Virus record (IMG/VR): IMGVR_UViG_3300042894_005670
DNA from: a virus
Direction: 5' to 3' (one strand)
DNA length: 64,000 nucleotides
Part shown: piece after piece, positions 1 through 8,519 of the stretch
Layout: each line of letters opens with the position of its first letter
How positions within the stretch are numbered: position 1 is the stretch's first letter
Notes under the pieces: model-generated
Told to the model about the DNA's origin: nothing
The model's database searches: none
The model's input: the letters and a program-made list of their open reading frames with translations, nothing else
Position numbers and translations under genes: made by a program

Positions 1-308
1 CTTAATGGATTAAATTGAAACGCTTTAAATCCACGATCATTAATACTAGTAAGTGGCACAGTTTCTAGGTCACCAAATTCAGGTTCGCCTATCAGTATTT
101 GCCAATCTAGAGGCATCTTGATAATTTCATCTTGGATACGTAATACTAGCGCAGGACTGTTAAATGATTCTAAAAATATAAGTGGTATAAAAAAGTAATC
201 AACTGCATTGGGATTACTATTATCTAATATAGCAAATCGTAAGTCATCAATTTCTTCAGGTAGATTCTCTAAATTAAATTTTGTATCATCCAATAATAAT
301 ATGTTCAT
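1..308 (-). CDS. Phage hypothetical protein, 3' end beyond window (MNILLLDDTKFNLENLPEEIDDLRFAILDNS...)
   Basis: Manual translation; ATG 308-306 overlaps the uvsW TGA (ATGA); frame open to the window edge. Confidence 0.75.
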   Translation of the reverse strand, partial: MNILLLDDTKFNLENLPEEIDDLRFAILDNSNPNAVDYFFIPLIFLESFNSPALVLRIQDEIIKMPLDWQILIGEPEFGDLETVPLTSINDRGFKAFQFNPL

Positions 309-1762
309 TTATAGTTCAACTTTTCCATTGTAAATGGATAATTCGCTTCTTTGTAAAATGACTTTCTCTGTGTCAAGTGACGTTTTGAAAATTTACAACT
401 TGAAGTAATATCCCAAATTTGCACAAAGTCCTTATCCTCAGCTTTACGCAAACCACGTCCTATACTCTGTATAACACGTACAAAACTCTTCCCAGGCTCA
501 ATAAACACCAAATTAAAAATCCTTGGTATATTAATACCCACTGCTGCTACACCATACGTTGCAATAATTATCTTTTCATCCTGTATAGCAACATCTTCAT
601 ATTCTTCTTTACGCTTTTTATTACTTGTATTACCACTGACAAATACTGCGTTAGATAATCGTTTGGCTAATTCTTTTCCTGCAGTAATACGATCAACCAA
701 GACTAGAGTATTACCACTTTCCACAATATTGTCAATAAGTTTAGCTATCATGTTTAAACGATCTTCTTGCTCTAGCAAATATTTTAATTCACTTTGGTAG
801 GTTTTAAATTCAGCAAAATCTTGTAACTGCACGACATTGACATGACATGTTGCAAGAACGCCACGATCTTGCAAATCTGTTGCTGCTAACCTATTGATGA
901 CAGGACCGATACACGTAAACAATGCCTCTGACGCAAACTTTTCTTTTGGTATCGTACCTGTTAAACCCCATCGTATACATATTTTTGATAACGACCCACT
1001 TAACATTGCCTTTAAAATATCTGCTTTAGCCATGTGGCATTCATCAATCACTAACGCCACAACATCTTGTATGAACTCTTCTATGGTGATATCACCAACA
1101 CCATCTTGAGTGTTTTTAATAATATTGTTCAAGCTTTGCCATGTAACAATAGTATGTTTATGTCCAAGCTCTTTTCTATCACCAAAGTATACACCAACAT
1201 CTAAACTTAAATTTTTATAATCGTCTTCTGTTTGTGTAACTAATGATTTATTAGGAACGATAACAATGGTTCTACCATATGGTTCGCAACGATTACTCAA
1301 TGTTGCTGTGATAAGTGTTTTACCTGCGCCTGTAGCAACTTCCTGTACACATTGTGGATTGGATAAAAACTGATTGGTAATGTCAATTTGATAATCACGT
1401 AAAATAACAGGCTCACCTGCCTTAGGATGACCTGTAGGCCATGTTGCACTTGAAAAAGTATGCTCATCAACCTTTTCAAAAGTAAACGATTGCCCATAAT
1501 CACGTATATCGTCTAATTCAATGTCATAACCATTTTGCTCAAGATAGGGAACAATTTGATCTAATAAATTGATGTAAGTAGCACCACCCAAAGTAAAGTA
1601 TGATGTTTTACCATTCCATCGACCAAGCTTAACCATAGGCATAAACCTAGCCCCAGGTATCTCATACTCAAATTGTTTCACTAGGTATTTTCGGTCATCA
1701 AGATGAAGTCCTTCTATTTTTGCATTGACTTCATCTTTTACAATAATTTTTGCAGTAGGCAT
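305..1762 (-). CDS. uvsW: UvsW-like SF2 DNA helicase
   Basis: Q motif LRDYQ, Walker A ATGAGKT, DECH box, GLTGT, QSIGRGLR motif VI. Confidence 0.92.
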   Translation of the reverse strand: MPTAKIIVKDEVNAKIEGLHLDDRKYLVKQFEYEIPGARFMPMVKLGRWNGKTSYFTLGGATYINLLDQIVPYLEQNGYDIELDDIRDYGQSFTFEKVDEHTFSSATWPTGHPKAGEPVILRDYQIDITNQFLSNPQCVQEVATGAGKTLITATLSNRCEPYGRTIVIVPNKSLVTQTEDDYKNLSLDVGVYFGDRKELGHKHTIVTWQSLNNIIKNTQDGVGDITIEEFIQDVVALVIDECHMAKADILKAMLSGSLSKICIRWGLTGTIPKEKFASEALFTCIGPVINRLAATDLQDRGVLATCHVNVVQLQDFAEFKTYQSELKYLLEQEDRLNMIAKLIDNIVESGNTLVLVDRITAGKELAKRLSNAVFVSGNTSNKKRKEEYEDVAIQDEKIIIATYGVAAVGINIPRIFNLVFIEPGKSFVRVIQSIGRGLRKAEDKDFVQIWDITSSCKFSKRHLTQRKSFYKEANYPFTMEKLNYK

Positions 1763-1782
1763 GGGTCTATATATTTATAAGT

Positions 1783-1810
1783 AGTATACCAATATTTTAA
1801 ATACTGTCAA
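1783..1810 (-). promoter_or_regulatory. Sigma70-like promoter for uvsW, followed by a TATAAATA late-type element at 1772-1779
   Basis: TTGACA-16 nt-TATACT on the minus strand. Confidence 0.55.
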
Positions 1811-1811
1811 T

Positions 1812-1843
1812 AAAAAAGGAGTAATTGGTTACCCAATTACCCC
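1812..1843 (-). terminator. Intrinsic terminator after the P-loop ATPase gene
   Basis: GTAATTGG/CCAATTAC stem followed by a T6 tract on the minus strand. Confidence 0.7.
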
Positions 1844-1863
1844 AAGTTACTACAGGAGATAAC

Positions 1864-2937
1864 TTAACGATCCTTGTACATTAGTGTACGTTCAACAACT
1901 TGCTTCCAACGATCACCCTTACGTACCATATAATCAGCTACATATACAAAGGTACGTAAACTAAAACTTTTAAATCTAGTAGCATTAGTTTCAACATAGT
2001 CAAACAATTGATTAACTTGTTCAGTGGTTAAGTCAAAGTTAGCAAAGAACCCACCATCATCTTGCAAATCTTCATGCAACTGCTTTGCACGTAGCACAAT
2101 GTGTCTAGCTGAGGAACACTGTACTTCAATGGATTTCCAACGTGTTTCCATAGCTTGTAAGTGGTTCTTTAAATTTGAGTCACGCATCTTATTTAAATCA
2201 AGGTTAGTGATAAAAATTAAACTACCCTTGAACACAAAACTCTCAGGAATATCTTCCCTACGTAATTGAGCACTGTTTGAACGAATGTTAATTCGACGTT
2301 CACCCGTAGTGGCTAGTGCTGCTTTCAACAAGTTTAGCATCTCAGGGTTAAAAAAGATTGCATCACAGTCATCAAACACCGTGATATAATTTGCATCACT
2401 ACCTTCGTACAAGATTTTATACAAATGCACAGGTGAATCACCTAATGAACCACGTATGATTTGAAACTTATCACGTGAACCACCGACATTAGTAAATGTT
2501 GCGTAACGGTCAAGCACTGATTCTACGATATATGTTTTACCGCTACCACCTCCACCACAAATAAACAATCCACCTTTTTCCTCACCACGTAGCATATCTT
2601 CAATATGCTCCTCAAGGTTTTCAAAATCTTCTCTAAACCACTGCTTGATTTGTTCATCAGTAGGTTCAGGCTTAGTTACAACAGGTTCGTCTGCTGTAAA
2701 TTTTACAGGTGCTTTTTTAGGCACTGTAACAGTATTATTATCAGTTATTTCACAATTAGTTACCACAATAGTAGGTTTCTCCGAAATTTTTCCGCTTGGT
2801 TTCACCAACAAGCGATCTTTGTTTAGTACAACATATTCGTTAGGACGGGTACCTGGTTGGTGAATTTGAAACTTAGTACCGCTAGGAATAGGCTTATCAA
2901 AATACTGACCTTCAAACACAGTAATAAACTTGGGCAT
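1864..2937 (-). CDS. P-loop (AAA+-like) ATPase, probable early gene
   Basis: Walker A GGGGSGKT, Walker B ITVFDDCD, sensor IFITN. Confidence 0.75.
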   Translation of the reverse strand: MPKFITVFEGQYFDKPIPSGTKFQIHQPGTRPNEYVVLNKDRLLVKPSGKISEKPTIVVTNCEITDNNTVTVPKKAPVKFTADEPVVTKPEPTDEQIKQWFREDFENLEEHIEDMLRGEEKGGLFICGGGGSGKTYIVESVLDRYATFTNVGGSRDKFQIIRGSLGDSPVHLYKILYEGSDANYITVFDDCDAIFFNPEMLNLLKAALATTGERRINIRSNSAQLRREDIPESFVFKGSLIFITNLDLNKMRDSNLKNHLQAMETRWKSIEVQCSSARHIVLRAKQLHEDLQDDGGFFANFDLTTEQVNQLFDYVETNATRFKSFSLRTFVYVADYMVRKGDRWKQVVERTLMYKDR

Positions 2938-2970
2938 CTTTAGCTCCGTTGTTTGTCAATCGATTTGAGT

Positions 2971-2999
2971 AGTATAGCAGGGTGTTGAAACTTTGTCAA
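2971..2999 (-). promoter_or_regulatory. Sigma70 early promoter
   Basis: TTGACA-17 nt-TATACT with TG extended -10, upstream of the ATPase (GGAG RBS). Confidence 0.75.
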
Positions 3000-3332
3000 C
3001 TAACGAATACTGTAAGGGTCAAGAAACACTCGTCCATCGTTAGTAACATACAAATACTCTACATTAGGAACATTACCTATAGGGCGATAATAAGCGATTT
3101 CACCATCATGTCCATCTTCATCATAAAGTACATCGTAGCAATCAACTTGCTTAAAACGTACTTCTTTACCTGTATGATGACTAGTTACAAAAAACTGTTG
3201 CGGGAATCTACCACCAAAATACGTATTAGATAAACTTAAAACTTTATTTGTTTTATCAAAGTCACAATATTGAAGGGGTATACGTTGAAGTTCCATACTT
3301 GCGTCCTTTGTTAAGATATAAGTATGATACAT
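3000..3332 (-). CDS. Hypothetical protein
   Basis: 110-aa ORF in a tight operon. Confidence 0.6.
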   Translation of the reverse strand: MYHTYILTKDASMELQRIPLQYCDFDKTNKVLSLSNTYFGGRFPQQFFVTSHHTGKEVRFKQVDCYDVLYDEDGHDGEIAYYRPIGNVPNVEYLYVTNDGRVFLDPYSIR

Positions 3333-3614
3333 CTAAATAAACACTTTTGTCAATACTTTCTTTTTCTGTGGTTTTAATGATACACTAAAATGTGTTGCTT
3401 GTTCTTTAGTCACAACTTTTTCGGCAAGATACTGATATTTTACTTTAACTTCAGCTTCTTTAAAAATCTGTCGCACCGTGTCTAATTTATCCACTGACAC
3501 ACGATAAAAACCATGTTGTAATAGATAATCAGCTAATTCTTTATCACCTGACAAACCAACTGCTTGCCATAACGTAAAATTGTTTTTAATAGTTGATGCC
3601 TCAATATGTGCCAT
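3333..3614 (-). CDS. Hypothetical protein
   Basis: 93-aa ORF abutting neighbours, GGAG RBS. Confidence 0.6.
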   Translation of the reverse strand: MAHIEASTIKNNFTLWQAVGLSGDKELADYLLQHGFYRVSVDKLDTVRQIFKEAEVKVKYQYLAEKVVTKEQATHFSVSLKPQKKKVLTKVFI

Positions 3615-3615
3615 T

Positions 3616-4272
3616 TTATGCTCCTGCCTTAGGTTTTAATAGTGAAAGTTCTTGATCCATGCTACGGTTGTGCTCGTTGCGTGGTCCTGTCCACACATTA
3701 GTCTTAGCTTCACCTGTTACACGATTAGCCCATAGTTCACAAAATGCGCTATGTGGGCTAGTATCGTACGTTTTACCGTTTTCATGACAGGTAAAAGTTC
3801 CATCTGCATTGACAGTAAAACTTACCCTAATAGGATTACAATTAGTATCATTTTTAGATTGGCTAAAGGTTTGTCCTGCTAATTCTGCCACACGATCACG
3901 TGATTTATTACTAGCAATAAATTTTACAGCAGCAGGTTCAAGCTCAGTTTGGTTAACATTTTGTTCACTTGCTCCGTATACTTCCATAAATTTTGATACA
4001 CGCTCAACTAACATACCATCAGTATCTTCAAACCATTCACCTTGCATTCGTTCAGGCAATATAGCATGTAACATTTTTTCAACTCTGCTCATACTATCCA
4101 CTTGCCAATACTTAATCATGGTATAACCAATGGTAAACTTAGTACTGTTTAGTGCATTTTCTCTGCTTGGTACGTTAATACTTTTGCCAACTTTTTTTTC
4201 AGTAAGTGAACTGATATCCTTACCGCTATAGTGATAATAGCCACCAACGTAAATATAACCTGAATCAGTCAT
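3616..4272 (-). CDS. T5orf172/MUG113-type GIY-YIG domain protein
   Basis: GYIYV...KVGKS...R...VEKMLH...GEWF pattern; start moved to MTDSGY (GGAG upstream). Confidence 0.7.
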   Translation of the reverse strand: MTDSGYIYVGGYYHYSGKDISSLTEKKVGKSINVPSRENALNSTKFTIGYTMIKYWQVDSMSRVEKMLHAILPERMQGEWFEDTDGMLVERVSKFMEVYGASEQNVNQTELEPAAVKFIASNKSRDRVAELAGQTFSQSKNDTNCNPIRVSFTVNADGTFTCHENGKTYDTSPHSAFCELWANRVTGEAKTNVWTGPRNEHNRSMDQELSLLKPKAGA

Positions 4273-4317
4273 ATGGGTAATCTCCATGTAAATTTTCGCT
4301 ATTGTAGCAAAAAGATA

Positions 4318-4345
4318 ATAAAAAAGCACAGACTAGCTGTGCTTT
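4318..4345 (-). terminator. Intrinsic terminator
   Basis: AAAGCACAG/CTGTGCTTT inverted repeat with T tract. Confidence 0.75.
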
Positions 4346-4367
4346 AATAGATTGAAATTATCCTAAA

Positions 4368-4646
4368 TTACTTTGTTTTGGTCATGCTTTGTGAAGCGTG
4401 GTTTACAAAGTTGTACATGGTTTCTGCAGTTTTAAGAACTTGCTCGATACCTGGAAACTGTGGCATACCAAGGGTTGTTGTAACAACACCTTTATCATCA
4501 CGTTGTACGCTCATTTCCCAACCGTGAAATTTACTATGGTATTCCTCGCTGATAAGGTCTTTAGCCATTTTGAGGATTTCTGTACGGATTTCATAACCGT
4601 TTTTGTTGAATTTAACTTCAGTTTTTGGTAAATCAAAATTTGACAT
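4368..4646 (-). CDS. Phage hypothetical protein (KNGYEIRTEILKMAKD type)
   Basis: 92-aa ORF, strong AAGGAG RBS. Confidence 0.7.
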   Translation of the reverse strand: MSNFDLPKTEVKFNKNGYEIRTEILKMAKDLISEEYHSKFHGWEMSVQRDDKGVVTTTLGMPQFPGIEQVLKTAETMYNFVNHASQSMTKTK

Positions 4647-4675
4647 AATTTTCTCCTTGTGTGTGTATGTCTATG

Positions 4676-4966
4676 TTAGGCTTTTTGTTCTGCACGATTT
4701 TGTGCAGTCCAGGCATCCCAACCTGCCTTATACCAATCAATACTAAACGGATTCATTATTTTTTCAATTTTTGTATGTAAAAACTCTCTATTACAAGTAG
4801 TGATAATATTTGTAGTAGTTTCTAGTGCAGTATTTAAAAATTTACTTTGAGCCTCAATGTAAATTAACATATTATTTTTGAGGTCAGTGTGCTTGACATA
4901 TTTTTCAACAAATTGCTTTTTAGCATTTTGTACACTGTCAATAAAAAGTGAAGGTTGATTAATCAT
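4676..4966 (-). CDS. Phasin-like amphipathic helical protein (tentative)
   Basis: 96 aa, helical amphipathic pattern FIDSVQNAKKQFV...YIEAQSKF; neighbouring DUF3563-like gene and TGC-rich operator. Confidence 0.4.
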   Translation of the reverse strand: MINQPSLFIDSVQNAKKQFVEKYVKHTDLKNNMLIYIEAQSKFLNTALETTTNIITTCNREFLHTKIEKIMNPFSIDWYKAGWDAWTAQNRAEQKA

Positions 4967-5049
4967 ATTGCATTCCTTTCTGTGTATGTGTCTAAATTGA
5001 ATACACCTAATGTGTACTCATATGTATTTATACAATAAAAGTTATTGTA

Positions 5050-5178
5050 TTACAATTTTTTAGGATGATGTGGGGTTAAGAAATCCCATTCTTCGCCAAG
5101 TACATATTGATGATTTAACTTTTCATCAATATAAGCAACAAGTGCTAACGAACCAAGTATAAAATAAGCTAACATCAT
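5050..5178 (-). CDS. Small membrane protein, 42 aa (MMLAYFILGSLALVAYIDEK...)
   Basis: Manual translation; N-terminal hydrophobic helix. Confidence 0.55.
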   Translation of the reverse strand: MMLAYFILGSLALVAYIDEKLNHQYVLGEEWDFLTPHHPKKL

Positions 5179-5179
5179 A

Positions 5180-5287
5180 TTACTTACCCATTAATTTTAC
5201 TGCACTTTGCCATTTACCCCTACGTGTTAAATGACTAGCCAATAACCCTTCACACCAAACTTGGTACATTATTCTTAAAAAAGTCAT
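5180..5287 (-). CDS. Small protein, 35 aa (MTFLRIMYQVWCEG...)
   Basis: Manual translation; GGAG RBS, ATGA coupling to upstream ORF. Confidence 0.55.
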   Translation of the reverse strand: MTFLRIMYQVWCEGLLASHLTRRGKWQSAVKLMGK

Positions 5288-5394
5288 TGCCATTCTCCAC
5301 GATGTAAATGAAAGTATCTGCGAGCACGTGCTTTTCCACTTGCTTCTAACGCTTTAAATATTTTATAACCTATACTTGTTAAAAAACTAAACAT
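5284..5394 (-). CDS. Small protein, 36 aa (MFSFLTSIGYKIFKALEASGKARARRY...)
   Basis: Manual translation; AAGGA RBS. Confidence 0.55.
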   Translation of the reverse strand: MFSFLTSIGYKIFKALEASGKARARRYFHLHRGEWQ

Positions 5395-5398
5395 TTTG

Positions 5399-5569
5399 TT
5401 ATTCCTTATGAGAACTATATTCAAACTCTTTGATGTAATTGTCAAGAGTAGCAGCATCTGTAATGCTTTTTGTGCTTAGGTAACGCTCCAAACGAGTTTG
5501 GTAACCATCTTTTGGAAACATTTCTGCTAAACGCTCAAGGATATTGAGCATAAACTGTGTAATAAACAT
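5399..5569 (-). CDS. DUF3563-like small protein, 56 aa
   Basis: Manual translation ...LERYLSTKSITDAATLDNYIKEFE resembles the DUF3563 ERYL..s.D...L motif; GGAG RBS. Confidence 0.55.
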   Translation of the reverse strand: MFITQFMLNILERLAEMFPKDGYQTRLERYLSTKSITDAATLDNYIKEFEYSSHKE

Positions 5570-5600
5570 TTTCAATCTCCATGTGTATGTGTATCTATTT

Positions 5601-5623
5601 TATTTATATGCTGCAGTGCGTCA
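5601..5623 (-). promoter_or_regulatory. TATAAATA late promoter abutting a TGC-rich imperfect palindrome (PhaR-like operator)
   Basis: Plus strand TATTTATA 5601-5608 then TGCTGCAGTGCGTCA 5609-5623. Confidence 0.5.
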
Positions 5624-5634
5624 AAGACTTGGGA

Positions 5635-5658
5635 TAAAAAAGGCACCGAAGTGCCTTT
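5635..5658 (-). terminator. Intrinsic terminator
   Basis: AAAGGCAC-CGAA-GTGCCTTT; TTCG loop on the minus strand followed by T tract. Confidence 0.85.
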
Positions 5659-5875
5659 ATACTGTTTGATATACTTCATCAAACTTATTCAACGCTAACT
5701 GTCTAGCTAACCATAACCTAAATTTAATTCTTGGTGATAATTCATTATTTTCTGTAACTATTTTAATTCTAGTAAGATTACGTCCTACACTATCATCAAA
5801 TACAAAAATTTCATAATCTTCATCAAAGTCACTTTTAGGCGTAAGCGGTACGTCTTTTCGACGTGCTAGAATTAT
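5657..5875 (-). CDS. Start-less 72-codon ORF in the -1 frame of the upstream gene (IILARRKDVP...RLWLARQLALNKFDEVYQTV)
   Basis: Open frame with no ATG/GTG start, beginning at an A-AAA-AAA heptamer and ending at the terminator. Confidence 0.55.
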   Translation of the reverse strand: MILARRKDVPLTPKSDFDEDYEIFVFDDSVGRNLTRIKIVTENNELSPRIKFRLWLARQLALNKFDEVYQTV

Positions 5876-6009
5876 TTTTTTGCGTCTTTTTTATCGTCTT
5901 TCTTAGCTTCTGCTTTAGGAGCGTCTTTCTTTTCTTCTTTCTTTGCATCTGCTGCAAATGCGCTTACTGCAAAAAGTGCAGCAAATAAGGTTGCGAATAA
6001 TTGTTTCAT
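5872..6009 (-). CDS. Small secreted Lys/Asp/Ala-rich protein, 45 aa
   Basis: MKQLFATLFAALFAVSAFA signal peptide (AFA site) plus ADAKKEEKKDAPKAEAKKDDKKDAKK. Confidence 0.75.
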   Translation of the reverse strand: MKQLFATLFAALFAVSAFAADAKKEEKKDAPKAEAKKDDKKDAKK

Positions 6010-6143
6010 GATATTTCTTTATAAAAAAATGCTCTCTAATCCTTACGGACTAAGTTAATATTTCGCAGAGCAACTTAATATTAACTATACTATTACTATT
6101 AACGCATGAGTAAACAAAAGGTTTACACAATAATTATTTATTT

Positions 6144-6308
6144 TTATCCACCACGACCACTTCTACGTACTACAGTGGCATTACCAAATCCTTTACTTGG
6201 TTTGGTTGATGGTGGTTTAAACCCACCTTTTTGTGGAAATGGTTGTTTAGCCTTAGCTTCGTTAGCCATATTAATAAATGGGTTTTTTGATTTTTTAGTC
6301 TCAGTCAT
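6144..6308 (-). CDS. Small basic protein, 54 aa (MTETKKSKNPFINMAN...RRSGRGG)
   Basis: Manual translation; GGAG RBS; overlaps upstream stop. Confidence 0.6.
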   Translation of the reverse strand: MTETKKSKNPFINMANEAKAKQPFPQKGGFKPPSTKPSKGFGNATVVRRSGRGG

Positions 6309-6720
6309 TGTTCTCTCCTTTAACAGATTTTAAGTATTCAGCAACACTACCATATAATAACATCATCGTACCAATACGCTCATCATAAAATTTCACTTGA
6401 ATATGGAATCTTTTAAGTAAAGTACCACTTAAAAATTCTATATAATATGGGCTTAAAATATACTTGTCTAAGTCAAGTAATGTTTTAGCATCTACCGCAG
6501 TGCGATAAGTTTTTATTCTATTATCTAAGTCCCACATTTTCACTGTAGTGCTGCTTATGTTAGCTTCGTTAAAGCACTTTTCACCATAATCAGACAGTCG
6601 CCACCCACCTTGAATACGTTGATCCATATACAATTTAATTGGGTGATATTGTTTTAAATTCGTGTCAATTAATTGCAGAATTTTTTCTGCTACAGCTTCT
6701 CTATCAGTAGCTAGTGTCAT
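6301..6720 (-). CDS. Hypothetical protein
   Basis: 139-aa ORF, coupled. Confidence 0.65.
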   Translation of the reverse strand: MTLATDREAVAEKILQLIDTNLKQYHPIKLYMDQRIQGGWRLSDYGEKCFNEANISSTTVKMWDLDNRIKTYRTAVDAKTLLDLDKYILSPYYIEFLSGTLLKRFHIQVKFYDERIGTMMLLYGSVAEYLKSVKGENND

Positions 6721-7010
6721 TCGTCAGGATAAACTTTAGTTCCCTGATTCATAAACACCACTGAAAATTTAGTAGTCATAAATTGTTTATTTAATTTTCT
6801 GCAAAGATTTCTTGCATGGCCTGGGTTACTAAAGCTTGTTTTTTTGTATTTTGGCACAGCATTACTATCGTAATGGTGGCTATTTTTTAAATTGATTGGT
6901 TGACCATCAAAGAAAATTGCCCAAATACCTGCTGCTTCTAATACTTGGTCAACTTTGTATGTTTTTTTGTCAACCATTTCAACAAGAACTTTTGGTTGAG
7001 ATCTAGACAT
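6717..7010 (-). CDS. Hypothetical protein (KYKKTSFSNPGHA motif)
   Basis: 97-aa ORF, coupled. Confidence 0.7.
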   Translation of the reverse strand: MSRSQPKVLVEMVDKKTYKVDQVLEAAGIWAIFFDGQPINLKNSHHYDSNAVPKYKKTSFSNPGHARNLCRKLNKQFMTTKFSVVFMNQGTKVYPDE

Positions 7011-7201
7011 TAAAATTTACCCCCTGAAACTTGAACTTCAATAATTTCAAGACTATTATTTTTTTGTTCAAGTTTGTCTACAAGGAGTTTTGCTATTTCA
7101 TCACGCAACAATTTTGCTTCACTTACAGGCATGATAAAATCACGTTTGCTAGTTGAATCAATAGAACTTACCTTGTCAATAAATCTTTTTATATTAACCA
7201 T
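7010..7201 (-). CDS. Hypothetical protein
   Basis: 63-aa ORF after a TAAATA element. Confidence 0.6.
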   Translation of the reverse strand: MVNIKRFIDKVSSIDSTSKRDFIMPVSEAKLLRDEIAKLLVDKLEQKNNSLEIIEVQVSGGKF

Positions 7202-7209
7202 ACTAGTAT

Positions 7210-7656
7210 TTATGCCTTTTTTGCCTCATCTTCAGTTAAAAAAGGTCCACTATACTCGTAGCGTTGTATAAAAATATACTTTGGACAAAAAACTGTTTGC
7301 CAAACATCGTTCATTTTAATTTTAAAATATCCCGCAGCATGGTAACATTTACTCTTTTTTGATGTTGTATAAACGTGTAACTTTCGTTTAACATCATACA
7401 TATCATTGTATGTTTTTCCCTCAGTAGGCCATTTCGCAAAAGAAATATTATTATGGTGTTGTTTACGCTGTGGACGTTCAAACTCAATTAATTTTGTTTT
7501 TTCAATAGATTTAAAATCATCAAAATGTGTGATTGAACCATCAATTTTTCTGAAATCAAAACCTGTACCACTTGCTTCTACATTACCGATTTTAGTAGTA
7601 CCGTCTGTAACAACCCAAAACTGATTTTTAATAATTGGTTTAGCTTTTAGTATCAT
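7210..7656 (-). CDS. Hypothetical protein
   Basis: 148-aa ORF. Confidence 0.65.
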   Translation of the reverse strand: MILKAKPIIKNQFWVVTDGTTKIGNVEASGTGFDFRKIDGSITHFDDFKSIEKTKLIEFERPQRKQHHNNISFAKWPTEGKTYNDMYDVKRKLHVYTTSKKSKCYHAAGYFKIKMNDVWQTVFCPKYIFIQRYEYSGPFLTEDEAKKA

Positions 7657-7719
7657 GAGTAGAATGTACCTTAACCTATATATTTGGTCAAGTTATTTAG
7701 ATAAAGTATAAATTATTCG

Positions 7720-7914
7720 TTAATTTTGTTCTAGATATTTACGTGCTTCTGCACTGATCTGTATCTTAACTGCAGGTTCAACAATAGGAACATGTACAGG
7801 ATTATTAACATCTCGGTAGCTTTTATTGAAACGAACTGCACCAATACTGTTAACCATAATATCTTGACTAATTGAATAATAAGGGTTGATTGATGTAATT
7901 GGATGTATTTTCAT
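7720..7914 (-). CDS. Hypothetical protein
   Basis: 64-aa ORF directly after TATAAATA. Confidence 0.5.
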   Translation of the reverse strand: MKIHPITSINPYYSISQDIMVNSIGAVRFNKSYRDVNNPVHVPIVEPAVKIQISAEARKYLEQN

Positions 7915-7922
7915 CCATCTAT

Positions 7923-8519
7923 TTATAACACTTTTATATTCAACTCATATAAACCAAAACCTATTTTGCCCTCTACAAAAGAATTAAATGATAAACTAAT
8001 TCGTTGCTTATCACCGTTTACAGGATCTACCCCATGCACAGTGCTTGATGGAAAAATATATAATGTCCCATTTTTTGCAGGTACAGGTGTAGCTAGCGAA
8101 TTATGTACATCATTGGTCTTTGAAGGTAAATTTAATGTTCTATAAGTTGAATCATAAAAAACAATTTTATCATCTTCATTGGTATCAAAATAAAATACTG
8201 CACTTAGATAGGAATTAGGATGAGCATGAACATGATGTGATTGCCCACGTTCAGTAAGATTCAACCACGATTGAGTAATTTTACATTTTAAATCGTTATA
8301 TGGTCTGATAACATTGTTAACATATTCATCTAAAGAATTCTGACAAAAACTTTTAATTCGTGATAAAGGTTTTTCAGATAATATATAAGTATTTTCTGAT
8401 TGTAAATTAGCTATATTTGGTAAGAATTTGCACTTTTTAATATATGCAATTTCTTTAGTCAATGATTCTGTATATTCAAAATGACCTACTACAACGGGAA
8501 ATAAATGTAGTACATTCAT
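7923..8519 (-). CDS. 2OG-Fe(II) oxygenase-like protein (TIGR02466-type)
   Basis: SWLN...HAHPNSYLSAVFY...IFPS..VHGV...RISLSFN. Confidence 0.8.
   Translation of the reverse strand: MNVLHLFPVVVGHFEYTESLTKEIAYIKKCKFLPNIANLQSENTYILSEKPLSRIKSFCQNSLDEYVNNVIRPYNDLKCKITQSWLNLTERGQSHHVHAHPNSYLSAVFYFDTNEDDKIVFYDSTYRTLNLPSKTNDVHNSLATPVPAKNGTLYIFPSSTVHGVDPVNGDKQRISLSFNSFVEGKIGFGLYELNIKVL

Noticed and set aside
6030-6072. Hammerhead ribozyme or known riboswitch in the leader
   Set aside because: No CUGANGA core or recognisable aptamer consensus; kept only as an unclassified structure.
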